Below, piece after piece: positions 1-17,949 of a DNA stretch of 64,000 bases. The stretch spans positions 16,305,360 through 16,369,359 of the forward strand of contig NC_043019.1 in assembly GCF_006345805.1 (NCBI RefSeq), written 5' to 3'. Position 1 is the first letter of the stretch, and each line of letters opens with the position of its first letter. The translations under genes and the position numbers were made by a program. The notes beneath the pieces were generated by a model. That model worked only from the letters and a program-made list of their open reading frames with translations, did no database searches and had not been told where the DNA came from. The DNA is from Octopus sinensis (lineage: Eukaryota).

Positions 1-4290
<4,290 letters not shown>

Positions 4291-4509
4291 TTTGTTCTCA
4301 TTCTTTGACTGAATAAGGAAAACAGCAAAATAATATTTTTTCCGAAAGTTGCTAAGATTAAAAAAATATTGATGCACATCCCCTGCAGAACGGGGGGCGT
4401 TGCTACGCAAAAATACTATCTACGCAGTCCGGACATTCTCAGAAATGCAATGGTAACAATAAAATGAAAACCTGGGACCTTAGAAGGCCGAAAAGATTAC
4501 AAACACTAT

Positions 4510-4517
4510 CTGGCCAC

Positions 4518-4577
<60 letters not shown>

Positions 4578-4804
4578 CCTTTCTATTATAGGCACAAAGA
4601 CTGAAATTTGGGGTGATGGGGCCAGTCGATTAGATCGATCCCAGTACTCAACTGGTACTTAATTTATTGACCCCGAAAAGATGAAAAGTAAAGTCGACCT
4701 CGGCGGAATTTGAACTCAGAACGTAGCGACAGTCGAAATACGACTAAGCATTTCGCCCGGCGTTTTAACGATCTGCCAGCGTCCCGCCTTAATAATAATA
4801 AAAA

Positions 4805-4840
<36 letters not shown>

Positions 4841-4867
4841 TAAAAAATAATAATAATAATAATAATA

Positions 4868-4899
<32 letters not shown>

Positions 4900-4976
4900 A
4901 ATAATAATAATAATAATAATAATTATAATTAAAATAATAATAATAATAATAATATATAATAATAATGATGATGATG

Positions 4977-5018
<42 letters not shown>

Positions 5019-5373
5019 TAATAATAATCATAATAATAGATGATGATAATAATAATAATAATAATAATAATAATTATAATAATAATAATAATATAATAAT
5101 AAAATAATTAAAATAATATATTAAATAATAATAATAATAATAATGATTAGATGATGATGATGAGATGATGATGATATAATAATAATAATAATGATGATGA
5201 ATGATGATGATGATGATAATTAAAATAATAATACTAATAATAATAATAATGAGATGATGATAGATAATAATAATAATAATGATGTATGGATGATGATGAT
5301 GATGATGATAAAATAATAATAATAATTAAAAAAATAATAATAATAATAATGATGATGATGATGATGATTGATG

Positions 5374-5409
<36 letters not shown>

Positions 5410-5462
5410 TAATTAAAATAATAATAATAATAATAATATATAATAATAATATGATGATGATG

Positions 5463-5498
<36 letters not shown>

Positions 5499-5527
5499 TA
5501 ATAATAATAATAATAATGATGATGATG

Positions 5528-5581
<54 letters not shown>

Positions 5582-5658
5582 TAATAATAATATAATAATA
5601 ATAATTAAAATAATATAATATAATAATAATAATGATGATGATGATGATGATGATGATG

Positions 5659-5701
<43 letters not shown>

Positions 5702-5912
5702 TGATGATGATGATGATGATTGATGTAATAATAATAATAATATAATATGATGATGATGATGATGATGATGATAATAATATAGATAATAATAATAATAATA
5801 ATATAATGATGATGATGATGATGATAATAATAATAATAATAATAATATAATAATATAATATTGATGATGATAATAAATAATAATAATATAATAATAATAA
5901 TAATAATAATAG

Positions 5913-5943
<31 letters not shown>

Positions 5944-5952
5944 AACAATAAC

Positions 5953-5988
<36 letters not shown>

Positions 5989-6000
5989 TATAATAATTAA

Positions 6001-6035
<35 letters not shown>

Positions 6036-6107
6036 TGATGATGATGATGTAATAATAATAATATAATACTAATAATCATAATAATAATAATAATATGATG
6101 ATGATGA

Positions 6108-6148
<41 letters not shown>

Positions 6149-6176
6149 TAAAATAATAATAATAATAATAATAATA

Positions 6177-6211
<35 letters not shown>

Positions 6212-6433
6212 ATATAATAATAATAATAATGATGATGATGATGATGATGATGATGATAATAATATAATAATAATATAATAATAATAATGATGATGATGAT
6301 ATAATTAATAATAATAATAATGATGATGATGATGATGAATGATGATAATAATATAATAATAATATTAAAATAATAATAATAATAATATATAATAATAATG
6401 ATGATGATGATGATGATGAGATGATGATGATGA

Positions 6434-6469
<36 letters not shown>

Positions 6470-6488
6470 TATAATAATTATGATGATG

Positions 6489-6523
<35 letters not shown>

Positions 6524-6526
6524 TAA

Positions 6527-6557
<31 letters not shown>

Positions 6558-6612
6558 TAATGATGATGATGATGATGATGATGATATGATGAGTGATGAT
6601 GATAATATAATA

Positions 6613-6650
<38 letters not shown>

Positions 6651-6664
6651 TGATGATGATGATG

Positions 6665-6715
<51 letters not shown>

Positions 6716-6724
6716 TAATAATAA

Positions 6725-6758
<34 letters not shown>

Positions 6759-6803
6759 TGATTGATGATTATGATGATATAGGATATGGATGATAATATA
6801 ATA

Positions 6804-6836
<33 letters not shown>

Positions 6837-6852
6837 TGATGATATGATGATG

Positions 6853-6913
<61 letters not shown>

Positions 6914-6935
6914 GAATAGTGATGATGATGATGGC
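4510..6935. repeat. About 2.4 kb compound (AAT)n/(GAT)n microsatellite array
   Basis: Directly visible; source of the spurious poly-I/L/Y/N ORFs. Confidence 0.97.
4578..4790 (-). mobile_element. tRNA-derived SINE (family 1) embedded in the AAT array
   Basis: Minus strand GGCGGGACGCTGGCAG...GAGTTCAAATTCC (B-box-like) then core CTTTTCATCTTTTCGGGGTCAATAAATTAAGTACCAG; the same sequence recurs more than 15 times in the window. Confidence 0.85.
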
Positions 6936-7009
6936 GATGAGGATTTCTTTATTAACCACAAGAGTTTACGTTAAGAAAAACATCATGGTCAGTACAGAAC
7001 AAAAAGAAT

Positions 7010-7065
<56 letters not shown>

Positions 7066-7129
7066 TGTGTGTTGTGAGGACTTTACGTGTAAACAAGAGC
7101 AGCAAATTTTTCTTTAAAATCAACAATGT

Positions 7130-7480
7130 GTGATCCTCAACAGGGAGGAGGCATTGGAGGGCTGCCCATGGAAAAGTTCATAGACTGAGCAAAACACTCT
7201 CATCAAATGTGGCCGAATGCGATTTATTTCTCAACAATGTTCCACTTGGGATTCATAGAATTCTTTTATCGGTGTTACAGGGCTTAAATCCCATCGGCGA
7301 AGAAGTTTTCATCCTGTTGGTAAAAAAGAAAATCATCAACTTTTGCGCAGTTGATGAAGTTAAAGCGTCCAACCCTTGATGTAGCAACCATGTCAGCATG
7401 ACTGCCCTTGGGGCCTAAACCCTTTTTTATGAAAGTGGACGAGCTTTATACTGGACTCAACTACGTTCTTAACAGAATAT
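7130..7480 (-). mobile_element. Mariner-like transposase C-terminal/3' remnant
   Basis: Minus-strand translation resembles a mariner C-terminus (QQDENFFADGI...); fragmentary, judged by eye. Confidence 0.5.
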
Positions 7481-7870
7481 AACCTAACTTATATGTGGTG
7501 TGTGTGTGTGTGTATATACATATATATATATATATATGTATATATATTATATATATATATATATATATTATATATGTTGTGTATATATATATATGTATAT
7601 AAGTATGCACTCACATGCGGTGCTCCAGCATGCCGCAGTCAAATGACTGAAACAAGTAAAGTAAAAGAGTATATATATAATATATACATATGTGTATGTA
7701 AGTATATATATATTGTGTAATATATATATATATTATATATATATATATATATATAATGTCTATATATATATTATATATATATATATATATATAATATATA
7801 TATTATATACATCTGTGTATGTAAGTATATACATATATATATATATATTAAATATATATATATATATATA

Positions 7871-7947
<77 letters not shown>

Positions 7948-8253
7948 GTCTCGCCCTACCTCACACGCCTACACACAGACGCACACACTAACACACACAT
8001 ATTATATTTTTTTGTTTTTTCATCTCGCCTCACACACACACATACACACACGCACACGCACACACTCACACATACACCCACATCTGTTGCGTTACCAACC
8101 TTGTCTCCACTCTTTTGCCTTTAAAAACCCACTTTGCTCTGTTTTCGTAACATCCGCCTTCTCACCATGTGCAACTCGTAACACCAGTCGTCTTTTTTCT
8201 CTTTCCCTTTTGCCCGCTCTGGGATCTTTCTTTCCTCTCTCTTCCTTCTTTAT

Positions 8254-8289
8254 GTTTCCGACGAAGAGCTCTCGCTCGAAACGTCATAC
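8254..8289 (+). ncRNA. Minimal type I hammerhead ribozyme motif in a Penelope-like short repeat (tail to about 8385, then (TA)n)
   Basis: GTTT-CCGACGA-A-GAGC tctc GCTC-GAAA-CGT-C-ATAC: 4-bp stem II, palindromic ACGT stem III, GUC triplet, stem I 3/4; U4 is C in this copy. Confidence 0.7.
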
Positions 8290-8401
8290 CTCCCTGCTTC
8301 CATTTCCTGAGCGCCTATTAATAATAATACTGTAATTGTTTCCATTGTTTTGTTGTTTTTTTTGTTTCCCGTTTGGATTAAAATTATATATATAATATAT
8401 A

Positions 8402-8463
<62 letters not shown>

Positions 8464-8562
8464 TACATATGCGCATGCATGAATATAGATATATCTCTAT
8501 GTGTGTGTGTGTGTGTATAAATATGTATATAGACACTGTCACAAATACACATGTCCACCTAC

Positions 8563-8594
<32 letters not shown>

Positions 8595-9405
8595 GTATAT
8601 GTGTATGTGTGTGTGTGTGCGTGCGTATATGTGTGTGTGTAACAGATATATCACACACGCACACACACACTCGCGCGCACATAAACCATTGTGTAATAGC
8701 ATCGATTTGTCATTTGAATTTTGTCTCAAATGCAACAGGAAGACGCAACAGATGTTGGTGACCTCGGTCGGCTTTCTTTCGCTTACCTGTGTGTGTATGT
8801 GTGTGTGTGCGTGTCTGTGAGTATGTGTGTTTATACACACACAGAACACACACACATACATATGTACGTATATACACAAACATACACATACATACGTGCA
8901 TACATGCCTGCATATACGTACATAGGTACTTAAGAATAATACAGCATAACGATGGTGGTCTGGCTTTAAAAGTAGACGACAGCATTTGTTTCTGCGCCTT
9001 TCACTCGCTTTAATTTCCCGAGTTTATATTCATTTTCCCATTCCACAAAATCATTCTTTATAATTACAATAAAGTCGAATATTTTCCAGCAACAGCCGTG
9101 CTTGAGCGCTTCATCACACGGAATACGATTAATCTTCCATCCACGTGTTATATTGTTCCTGTATGAATCTCGTGCAAAGAGGAATTCCACATGTGTATCC
9201 AAACCTGGAATATACCCTAATCTCAAATAACATGTGGTAGCCAACTAACGGCTCAAGAGCTTTTAAATGCCGGCTACGAGAATTTTACCCAACTATAATA
9301 AATATATAACGGGAAGGTTTACGAAAATAAACAAAAGACGAAGGCAGGTGGGGTACAAACAAACAATTGTATTAGTATAGCGCTCAGGAATAGAAATAGA
9401 ACAAG

Positions 9406-9443
9406 TCTTTTACATTTCGAGCCTACGCTCTTCAACAGAAAGA
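9406..9443 (-). ncRNA. Hammerhead motif, CUGUUGA family (repeat about 9305-9530)
   Basis: Minus: TCTTT-CTGTTGA-A-GAGC gtag GCTC-GAAA-TGT-A-AAAGA; perfect 5-bp stem I and 4-bp stem II. Confidence 0.65.
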
Positions 9444-9772
9444 TACACAGAAAAGAAACAAGGAGAGAAACAAGGAGAGAAAAGAAATTGCGTGTAGGGG
9501 CTAACGATCCAACATAGGTGTATAAATATATACACCTATATAAACAGACAATAAGTGAGAGCAAGAGATGCTGAGAATAAATGAGATGTCGAGTTGAAAT
9601 GAATTTCAACTCTGAATTCTTTCTCTACATGTGTATATAAATGTATATATGTATATATATGTGTGTGTGTATATATGTGTTTATTTTTCTGAATATAAAT
9701 AAATATTATGTTTATGTGTTTGCATAAATACATATATATGTGTGTGTGTATGTATGTGTATGTGTATATATG

Positions 9773-9811
<39 letters not shown>

Positions 9812-9829
9812 ACATATACACATATATAT

Positions 9830-10170
9830 ATAGTCGCACTGCGTGGCACCTTAGGCAAGTACCTTCTACAAAAGCTTCGGGCCGATCAAAGTCCTGTGAG
9901 TGGATTTGGTAGACGGAAACTGAAAGCAGCTCGTCGTATGTATACATGTGTGTGTGCATGTGTGTGTGTGTTTGTCCCCCCACCATCGCTTGACAACCGA
10001 CTTTGGCATGTTTATGTTACCGTAACTTAGCAAAAGTAAGTTCGGCAAAAGAGCCCGATAGAATAAGTACTAGGCTTACAAAGAGTCCTGGGGGTCGATT
10101 TGTTCGACTAAAACCCCTTAATGTGGTGCTCCAGTATGGCCGCAGTCAAACGACTGAAATAAATAAAAGG
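9830..10170 (+). mobile_element. tRNA-derived SINE family 2 (5'-truncated); related copies near 44470-44800 (-), 45990-46260, 54880-55020 (+), 56680-56910 (+)
   Basis: Shared GTGGCACCTTRGGCAAGT...GTGAGTGGATTTGGTAGACGGAAACTGAAAG blocks and GCCGCAGTCAAAYGACTGAAA end across copies. Confidence 0.7.
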
Positions 10171-10218
10171 AAAAAAGTATATATATGAATGTGTGTGTAT
10201 ATGTATGTGTATATGCAT

Positions 10219-10264
<46 letters not shown>

Positions 10265-10370
10265 GCATACATATATATATATATATATGAATGTATATGA
10301 ATGTGTTTGTGGTATATATACATATGCGCAACTCCATTGTCTCTCGAGACAAAAAGGATGCCAACAATAT

Positions 10371-10453
<83 letters not shown>

Positions 10454-12219
10454 TGTTAGCATAGTTTTCGTTTTTGCTATTTAATTTTAATGGAAAACTT
10501 CACAAGTTATTAAACTTGTGAAGTTCCCAGCTTCAAAATATAAACTTTGGCCTCTGCTTATTGGAGGGAGTTTATCTAGATTGGAAATACTGTGTGTGTG
10601 CCTCGATTATCACGGTCAATGATTTCCCATCCCCCACCGAATGGCGGCAACAACATCGCATTATTCGAACATAGAGCCTTGATTGATGTCTTAAACTTTA
10701 ATTTCCCGAAAATGCCTTATAGAAAAAAAAAGAAAAAGAAATAGAAAAGTGTATACATTAATAAATAAATAATGCATAAAAATCGATTTAAATAATGTAG
10801 AAAATAAATTAATTGGATGTAGTTTAACGTTTTACGAGATTATTGATTCTCGTCAACACATAGGAAAGGAAACGATTGTTGCTGTTGTTGTTGCTGTTGA
10901 AGTTTTTTTTTGCTCATCTCTTTGTGATTCGCCCTAAAGGCAGCCGAGTGCACTTTCAAATGCCATCTCTTTCGCTCTCTCCCTCCTCTTTCTCTCTCTC
11001 TCTCTCTCCCTCATTCTCTATTCCTGTCTCTCTTTCACTTTCTCTCTTCCAACGTTTCTCTTTCTTTCACCCAACCTCTCTTAACCTTTTTCTCTCTCCC
11101 TCTCTCATGTACAGTCTCTCCCTCCTCTCCCTTACCTCTCTCCTCTCTCCTTCTCCCTGAGACCCCCTTCGGTCATGAATGACCATGGGATTGTACCTAG
11201 AAAGTTTCCCTCCCAGGCACAAGTCCGGGCAAGGTTGTTTATGGAAGACCAGCAGTCGCCCATGCATACCGGCCTCCCCCCCTCCACGCCACCAGTGTTA
11301 TCCAAGGGACAGGCAACAGCAGATACAGCACTAGAATATTCCCAATCCTATCGTAATAGGCTTCACATTTTCATCAATTGCTTCTTTCAGTTATCCCCCT
11401 TTTCCTTACGCAGGCGCTCGATTCTGCCGCAAGAGAGATGTCCGTCAATTTCTTCTTCCCTCTCTCCCTTTCTTGCACCGTCTCTAAATACTGCCACGAA
11501 ATATATTACTACCCATCCTCTTCAAAGCTCAGTCTCTCTTTCACTTCGCTGAGAAAATATCCTTTTCAAAATTGATCTATATTCAGAACAAAAACAATAT
11601 TTCTCTTTTTGTGTCATCTTTACTGTCATTCATTTGAAATATTTCATTTCCCTGCGTGTCGATAGTGACACACACTTTCTATTCAGTCAAAGAGAGACAT
11701 AAATAATATATCAATAAACCAACAAAACCAATATTCATTTGTCGCTACAAAATACTATCAATAACATCTAATGTTTGTTTCTTATCTCAGAATCTGTCAC
11801 TTAAGTCTTGCGGAAGCATACGCTGGATATTCACGTGCGGCAAACTAGAGCAATATTTATGTCGATCCTCAAGTAGCGGAGGGGGGGGGGGGAAGAGCGG
11901 GGGGGGGGGGGACTAGCTTATGTTGTTTATTGTGAAGCATTTCGTACAAGAATGTTTGTCTATGTTTGCCACAGATGACAGGTTTTGTTTTATCTCTGCT
12001 ATTTGTTTATTTTTTTGTGTTTCTTTCTTTTTTGGCTGTTGTTTTTAATCTTATATCATTTTTATGAAGAAAAACTTTTTTTTCTTTGGATTTCGCAAGA
12101 ATACTTTTATGAAAAATTACCGTGTTTCTTTTTCAGGAAATTGGTCACCAACTGGGTTCTCTATTACCTGGCTATCCGGCCTATGCATGTGCGCGTATAT
12201 ATACATATATATATATATA

Positions 12220-12360
12220 TTATTTCAAAGCAGCAGAAATTCAACAGAGTAACAGGTTTTGTTGAATTTTCTACTGCTTTAAATAAAGCATATTACTCTA
12301 CCCCTGGTACTTGGGTACTCTTTTTTCCACCTTGTTTCACATTTATGTGTTTACTCCGGT
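12220..12360 (+). mobile_element. Penelope-like 3' tail with an inverted partial copy at its 5' side, flanked by (TA)n
   Basis: 12220-12246 is an imperfect reverse complement of 12260-12286; the tail is homologous to 38070-38110. Confidence 0.55.
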
Positions 12361-12364
12361 ATAT

Positions 12365-12406
<42 letters not shown>

Positions 12407-12448
12407 ATATATATATACACTCATACACACCCCAAAATATATACAATC

Positions 12449-12484
<36 letters not shown>

Positions 12485-12936
12485 CGTCTGTATAAGCGCC
12501 ATCTGTGCGTGTCTATACAGATGTGTGTTTCTGGTGCGCGCGCGTCTCTCTCTCTCTGTCCTTTTCATAGTGTTGCTCTGTGTGAGTGGGGGAGTGGGGA
12601 GAGGGGGGGCATTTGTGAAAGCACAGAACGAGGTTTTTCACCTGGACTAACTGTAAGACATATCTGAAACGCTCAAGTGTGTGGAAGTGGTGGTGGTGGT
12701 GGTGGTGGTGGTGAAGTGTTGGTGGTGTGGCTGGTTAGATGTGTGTATGTGTGTGTATGTGCTTGTATGCGTGCGTGTGTATATATGTATGTATGTGGGA
12801 CATTGAGAAAGTATCTTGGGCGAGCGTGCATGTATGTATGCGCGCGCGAGCGTGTGTAAGAAAGAGAGACAGAGAGAAAATGAGAGAGAAAACAGGAAAA
12901 AGTGATAAACAGTGAGACAGATAGATAAATAGAGAG

Positions 12937-12978
<42 letters not shown>

Positions 12979-13708
12979 TAGATAGATAGATAGATGTAGC
13001 CAAAGAGAGAGAGGTGGAAGAGGGAAAGAGAGAGAGAGACTAAAAAAGGCGAAAGCAAGACGGTTGTCTGCCTCCTCCTCCTCCTCCTCCAGCTGTGGTT
13101 AAAGACTTTCCAGGCCACAGAAGCCGCCGCCGCCGCCGTCCATTTCTCTCGCCAACGAAGCTGACCCATCTGGAGCATTTGCTTTCCTCTCCGAGAAACA
13201 CAAACATCTTCGTTGTTTGTGAATTCTCAGACCTGACGACACACGAAGCCACAACTTCAGTTATTGGGCACAAAACTCTATTTACTTTGCCAACCAACTG
13301 ACCAGCGGACAAAGGAAACAAAACAGAAAACACGGAAATCAATGAGAAGTTTGGAGGGGATACCTGGATGTGGTCAACCTTTTTGCTAGAGATAGCAGCG
13401 AAATATTATCCATCTTCAAATCGTACTGTCCTGGGGTGAACGACCGTCATCTACGTAACAAGGTTTTTTCCTAATATTACAGCAGGCCTGGGTGGGGGTG
13501 GGGGTTGCACTACAACCAACAACAACAACAACAACGAGCGGAATTAACCAGAACAAAATAGAAAGAAAAAATAAATAAAAAAACAATATTAAAAGCCAGA
13601 AGTTATTCCCGTCTTTGGACTCATTGTAGAAAATGGGAATTGGAGAAAAATAATTATTTACCGGGAAGGGTTGAAACAGCAACGGAAAATTAGGGGTCAG
13701 CTGTAGAA

Positions 13709-13799
13709 ATGGGGAACGAAACCAGTTCAGCAACACAAGAGAATGATATTTCCAGTTTTCGCAAAGAGAAACTTCTTCATGAGTTCCATACGTTTTTTG
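13709..13799 (+). CDS. Calexcitin/SCP-like EF-hand protein, coding exon 1 (MGNETSSATQENDISSFRKEKLLHEFHTFF)
   Basis: ATG at 13709, donor G|GTAAGT phase 1. Resembles the calexcitin N-terminal helix (LSDFQRNKILRVFNTFY in squid, from memory). All six exons join in frame to 220 aa. Confidence 0.85.
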
Positions 13800-13816
13800 G
13801 TAAGTTCGGAATTATT

Positions 13817-13920
<104 letters not shown>

Positions 13921-14099
13921 CTCCCCACTCTCTCTCTCTCTCTCATCATATTTCATCCAGTTCTTTACCTGCCGAGTTCACATCCCCCCGAAGTCATCTT
14001 TCATCCATTCGGGATCGATAAAATAAAACACCAATCAATTATTGGGATCGATGTCAATCGATTGGCTCCTCACCGCAAAATTTTAGGTCTTCGGTCAAA

Positions 14100-14900
14100 A
14101 TTTGAAATCATCATCATCATCATCATCATCATTATTATTTCTTTTCTTGCTTCAAGTCATTGGATTCTGATGACCGAATGTTTAAAAGTTCGCTTCGCCA
14201 ACATGAGTTCTCAGGTTCAATCCTAATGCGGGTTATTTTGACCGTGATTATGAGTGGAGGCCGCAAATGTTGGCTTTGTGAGATGAAAAAAAAATCCCAT
14301 CGTTTCATTGTTCCTTTCGCAGTGGATGGTCAGGTCTTCTGCAGCTCCACCTATCACCAATCAACCGGCCCCTTTGTCATCCCCGCCGCAAGATGCACGT
14401 CTTCCTATTAACACTTCGTCCCAGGTCCTCCCCGGTCTTTCCCGTTTCACGGTTTCCACTCAACTTGGATCGTTCGCCACTTCCTTATACACCGGTCATT
14501 TCCCATTTACATGACATGACCTGAGCAGATCATCTCCAGCCCACCCGCTCTTGACAAATGCACCCGATTCCTCGTATACTCAGTATTTCTCTCAACCCCT
14601 TTGTAATCTGGCCTTCATGTTACACGTCCATCGGTGTGTGCTTGCAGCGTTTCTCTTCGAACCTTCACAAATCTTTTGCATTCCAGCCCGCGTCTCGCTG
14701 ACATGCAGCGTAACATTTCTAACCCCGGCATCGCACAATCTGCTCTTCACATCGAGGAAGAGCATTAGTAGAGGTAGAAATGGTAACTCCCTGAACATTT
14801 TCCAGCCCATTCTTACCACGGCCCCATGCTTTTGGAGCTATCATCCCCTCACTAGTTATATTGCCATTATCAAGTTGACAGGGACCTATCGGCCTCTTCA
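14100..14900 (-). mobile_element. RTE-clade LINE fragment (post-RT region)
   Basis: ORF 14592-14819 (VRMGWKMFRELPFL...VKSRLCDAGVRNVTLHVSET...RW) matches the RTE pattern by eye. Confidence 0.7.
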
Positions 14901-15695
14901 AACATTGCACACACACACATGTTTATACACGTGTGTATGTAATGTACATTTATGCATGTTTGTGTGTGTGTGTATATATATATGTGTGTGTGTATATATG
15001 TATGTATGCATGTATGCACGTATGTACGTATGTATGTGTGTATGCGGGCGCGTGTGTATAAAGACATACACATATACATACATATATGTATTCGATCTAG
15101 AACAACCCAGAGGAAAATGCATTTCTCACCAGCTATATAAGCCCACAGCTCTTCGATCTGTAATTATTTTGAGAAGTGTTAACGCACGAAACTCTCTGAC
15201 CTTTATTTCAGTCGCTTCTGCTAAATTCTAAATTCTAAATTCTAATATATATATATAGAGAGAGAGAATTAAATTGTAATTATTCTGTGATATTCTAATA
15301 AAGCCTTGTATTTTCCCAGAAGTTCACTTTTGTCGAATGATCGATTATGTGAAACTCTGAGTAATAGTTTATAAAATATACAAATAACATAAAAAAAATT
15401 CGTTTTACTCTGCCTTTGGTATCCGACAGCTCTTTTCTCTACTTCGTTTCACCCAAGTGCTCAAAAGTATCTATTTATCTATATGTATGAATGCATGTGT
15501 GTGTGTGTATATATATATATATACGTCTGTGCGTGTGTGTGTATGCTTATACATATATATTTATGTATATATGTTTGTATATAAACGTATAAACATGTAA
15601 ACATATTCAGACACACACATACATATTTATGTGTGTACATAATTTGTGTGTGTGTCTGTGTGTGCGTGTGTGTGCGTGTGTGCGTGCGTGCGTGC

Positions 15696-15756
<61 letters not shown>

Positions 15757-16088
15757 CATTATTAATTACACATATGCAGTGTGTTTTGTTTATACGCCAA
15801 ATTTACCGTCGGAAAGTGTCCGGGGAAAGTTCCCCAAACGACGCCCAGGGTTAAAGAACCCCCGAATGTCACGGACCAGGCGACGCAACTCGCTTCGGAA
15901 TCACAGAGAATGGTAGACACCGATATTTCGCCATTCTTGTGGCTTATCAACACTATTTACTCGGATCATTTCGGATCATCTGTGGCTTGTACGGAAATAG
16001 AGTGAAGCCTATTTGTTCATGTAAAAGAAAATTAAATTTGCACGCGTTAAAGCAAATTAAATTACGAATTAAAAGCCGACGTATAGCT

Positions 16089-16120
<32 letters not shown>

Positions 16121-17358
16121 ACATACATACATTCATACATACATACACACACACACACGCACACACATACACACACACACACATACACACATACATACAT
16201 TCATACATACATACACACACACACACTTGCAATCTGGATGAATTACTTTCAAATATTGCAGACAATTTTCGATTTGCCCCAGGAATGTCGATTCACTGAG
16301 AATGGTTTTATCCAATCCATTCAAAAGATGATTCGTGTTCACCTTCCTGGTTACGCAGCTCCACTCCCATCCCACTCCCACCCCACTCCCACCCCACATC
16401 CACCCCACAAAACATAGAACCCAAAATAATATTTCACTCTTACACTGTTTTTGGCTTCTCTTTTCTTTCACGGAAAATAAACTTCTTTTAAATAAAATTC
16501 TGTGCTAATTCATATTAATTACTGTAAACTAATAGTTTTTTTTTTCTTTTCTAATCCTTAATTTTTCCAATGCTTATTGCTGCGCCTGCAGTTATAGAAT
16601 GTTTTTTCGTTTTTCAAAGAATATTGACGTACATAGCCAGAGGTCCTTTCTTTGGGAAAAGGTATCTTCTGCAACTCGTGTTCTACCACCAGCAACATAC
16701 GCAGAAATATACAGGAGGGAGTGAACGAGCAAAGGAAAGCAACACTCCACACACACACACACACACAGTCCCTCGGCAAATTTCTCCTTTTTAATTTGCT
16801 CACTGCGTGTGTAGTAAAGTAAATTGATTTCGAATTTAGGAACAACACCAGCCCTTTCGCGGGGAGTGGGGTAAGTCGATCAAAAAAGGATAAAAAACGA
16901 AGTCGACTTCGCGGAATTAGAACTCAGAACGTAAAGACGGACGCAATGTTGCTAAACATTCTATCCAGCTCGCAAACGCTTCTGCAAAAACGCCGCCTTA
17001 GGCTCGGGAAAGTATATTAAAATGTATTTTCGTATAATAGAAATCAATATGGCAGGTAAAGTGGATTAATGTGTTGCTTATATAAAAGTGAACAGCTGTG
17101 CGCAGCCCAGTCAGGGCTGGAACTCAGAGATTGTCAACGTATGTCTTATACATGGATATGTATGCCTCGGTGTGTGTGTGTGTCTGTGTGAACGTACACA
17201 CGCACATATATGTGTATACATACACATACACACACATATATACACTTTATATATTGATCTAATTTGCTTCTAAACCCGCTCAAGTTTGAATCTCTTGAGC
17301 GCTTCCAAGTGTATTCTATACAGAGAACACCTGGATCTCGTCTATGAACAATATATAT

Positions 17359-17422
<64 letters not shown>

Positions 17423-17436
17423 GCTAAGCAGTTTAT

Positions 17437-17836
17437 TCTTTTCTATTCTAGGCACAAGGCCCGACATTTTGAGAGAGGGGGCCAGTCGATTAGATCGACC
17501 CCAGTACGCAACTGATACTTAATTTATCGACCCCGATAGGATGAAAGGCAAAGTCGACCGCGGTGGAATTTGAACTCAGAACGTAGCGGCAGACGAAATA
17601 CCTTTTTTTTTTACTACCCATAAGGGGCTAAACACAGAGGGGACAAACAAGGACAGACAAACGGATTAAGTCGATTATATCGACCTCAGTGCGTAACTGG
17701 TACTTAATTTATCGACCCCGAAAGGTAGAAAGGCAAAGTCGACCTCGGCGGAATTTGAACTCAGAACGTAACGGCAGACGAAATACCGCTAAGCATTTCG
17801 CCCGGCATGCTAACGATTCTGCCACTTCGCCGCCTT
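17437..17836 (-). mobile_element. Dimeric SINE family 1 (full monomer plus head-less second monomer); another monomer at about 16845-17000
   Basis: Two consecutive cores joined at ...GGGTAGTAAAAAAAAAAGGTATTTCGTCTGCCG. Confidence 0.85.
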
Positions 17837-17949
17837 GAAAGATTGTGATATATCATCCTATGGACGACTTTATCAAAGGCTTTTGCAAAGTCGAGGGGTC
17901 ACACGTCCACCTTTGAGATGTTGAGCAACTGACAAGAGAACAAGAAGCT

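Noticed and set aside
4840-7077. Long ORFs of poly-I/L/Y/H/N
   Set aside because: Translations of the AAT/GAT array; no domain content.
8966-9244. 92-aa ORF
   Set aside because: No recognisable domain or splice context.
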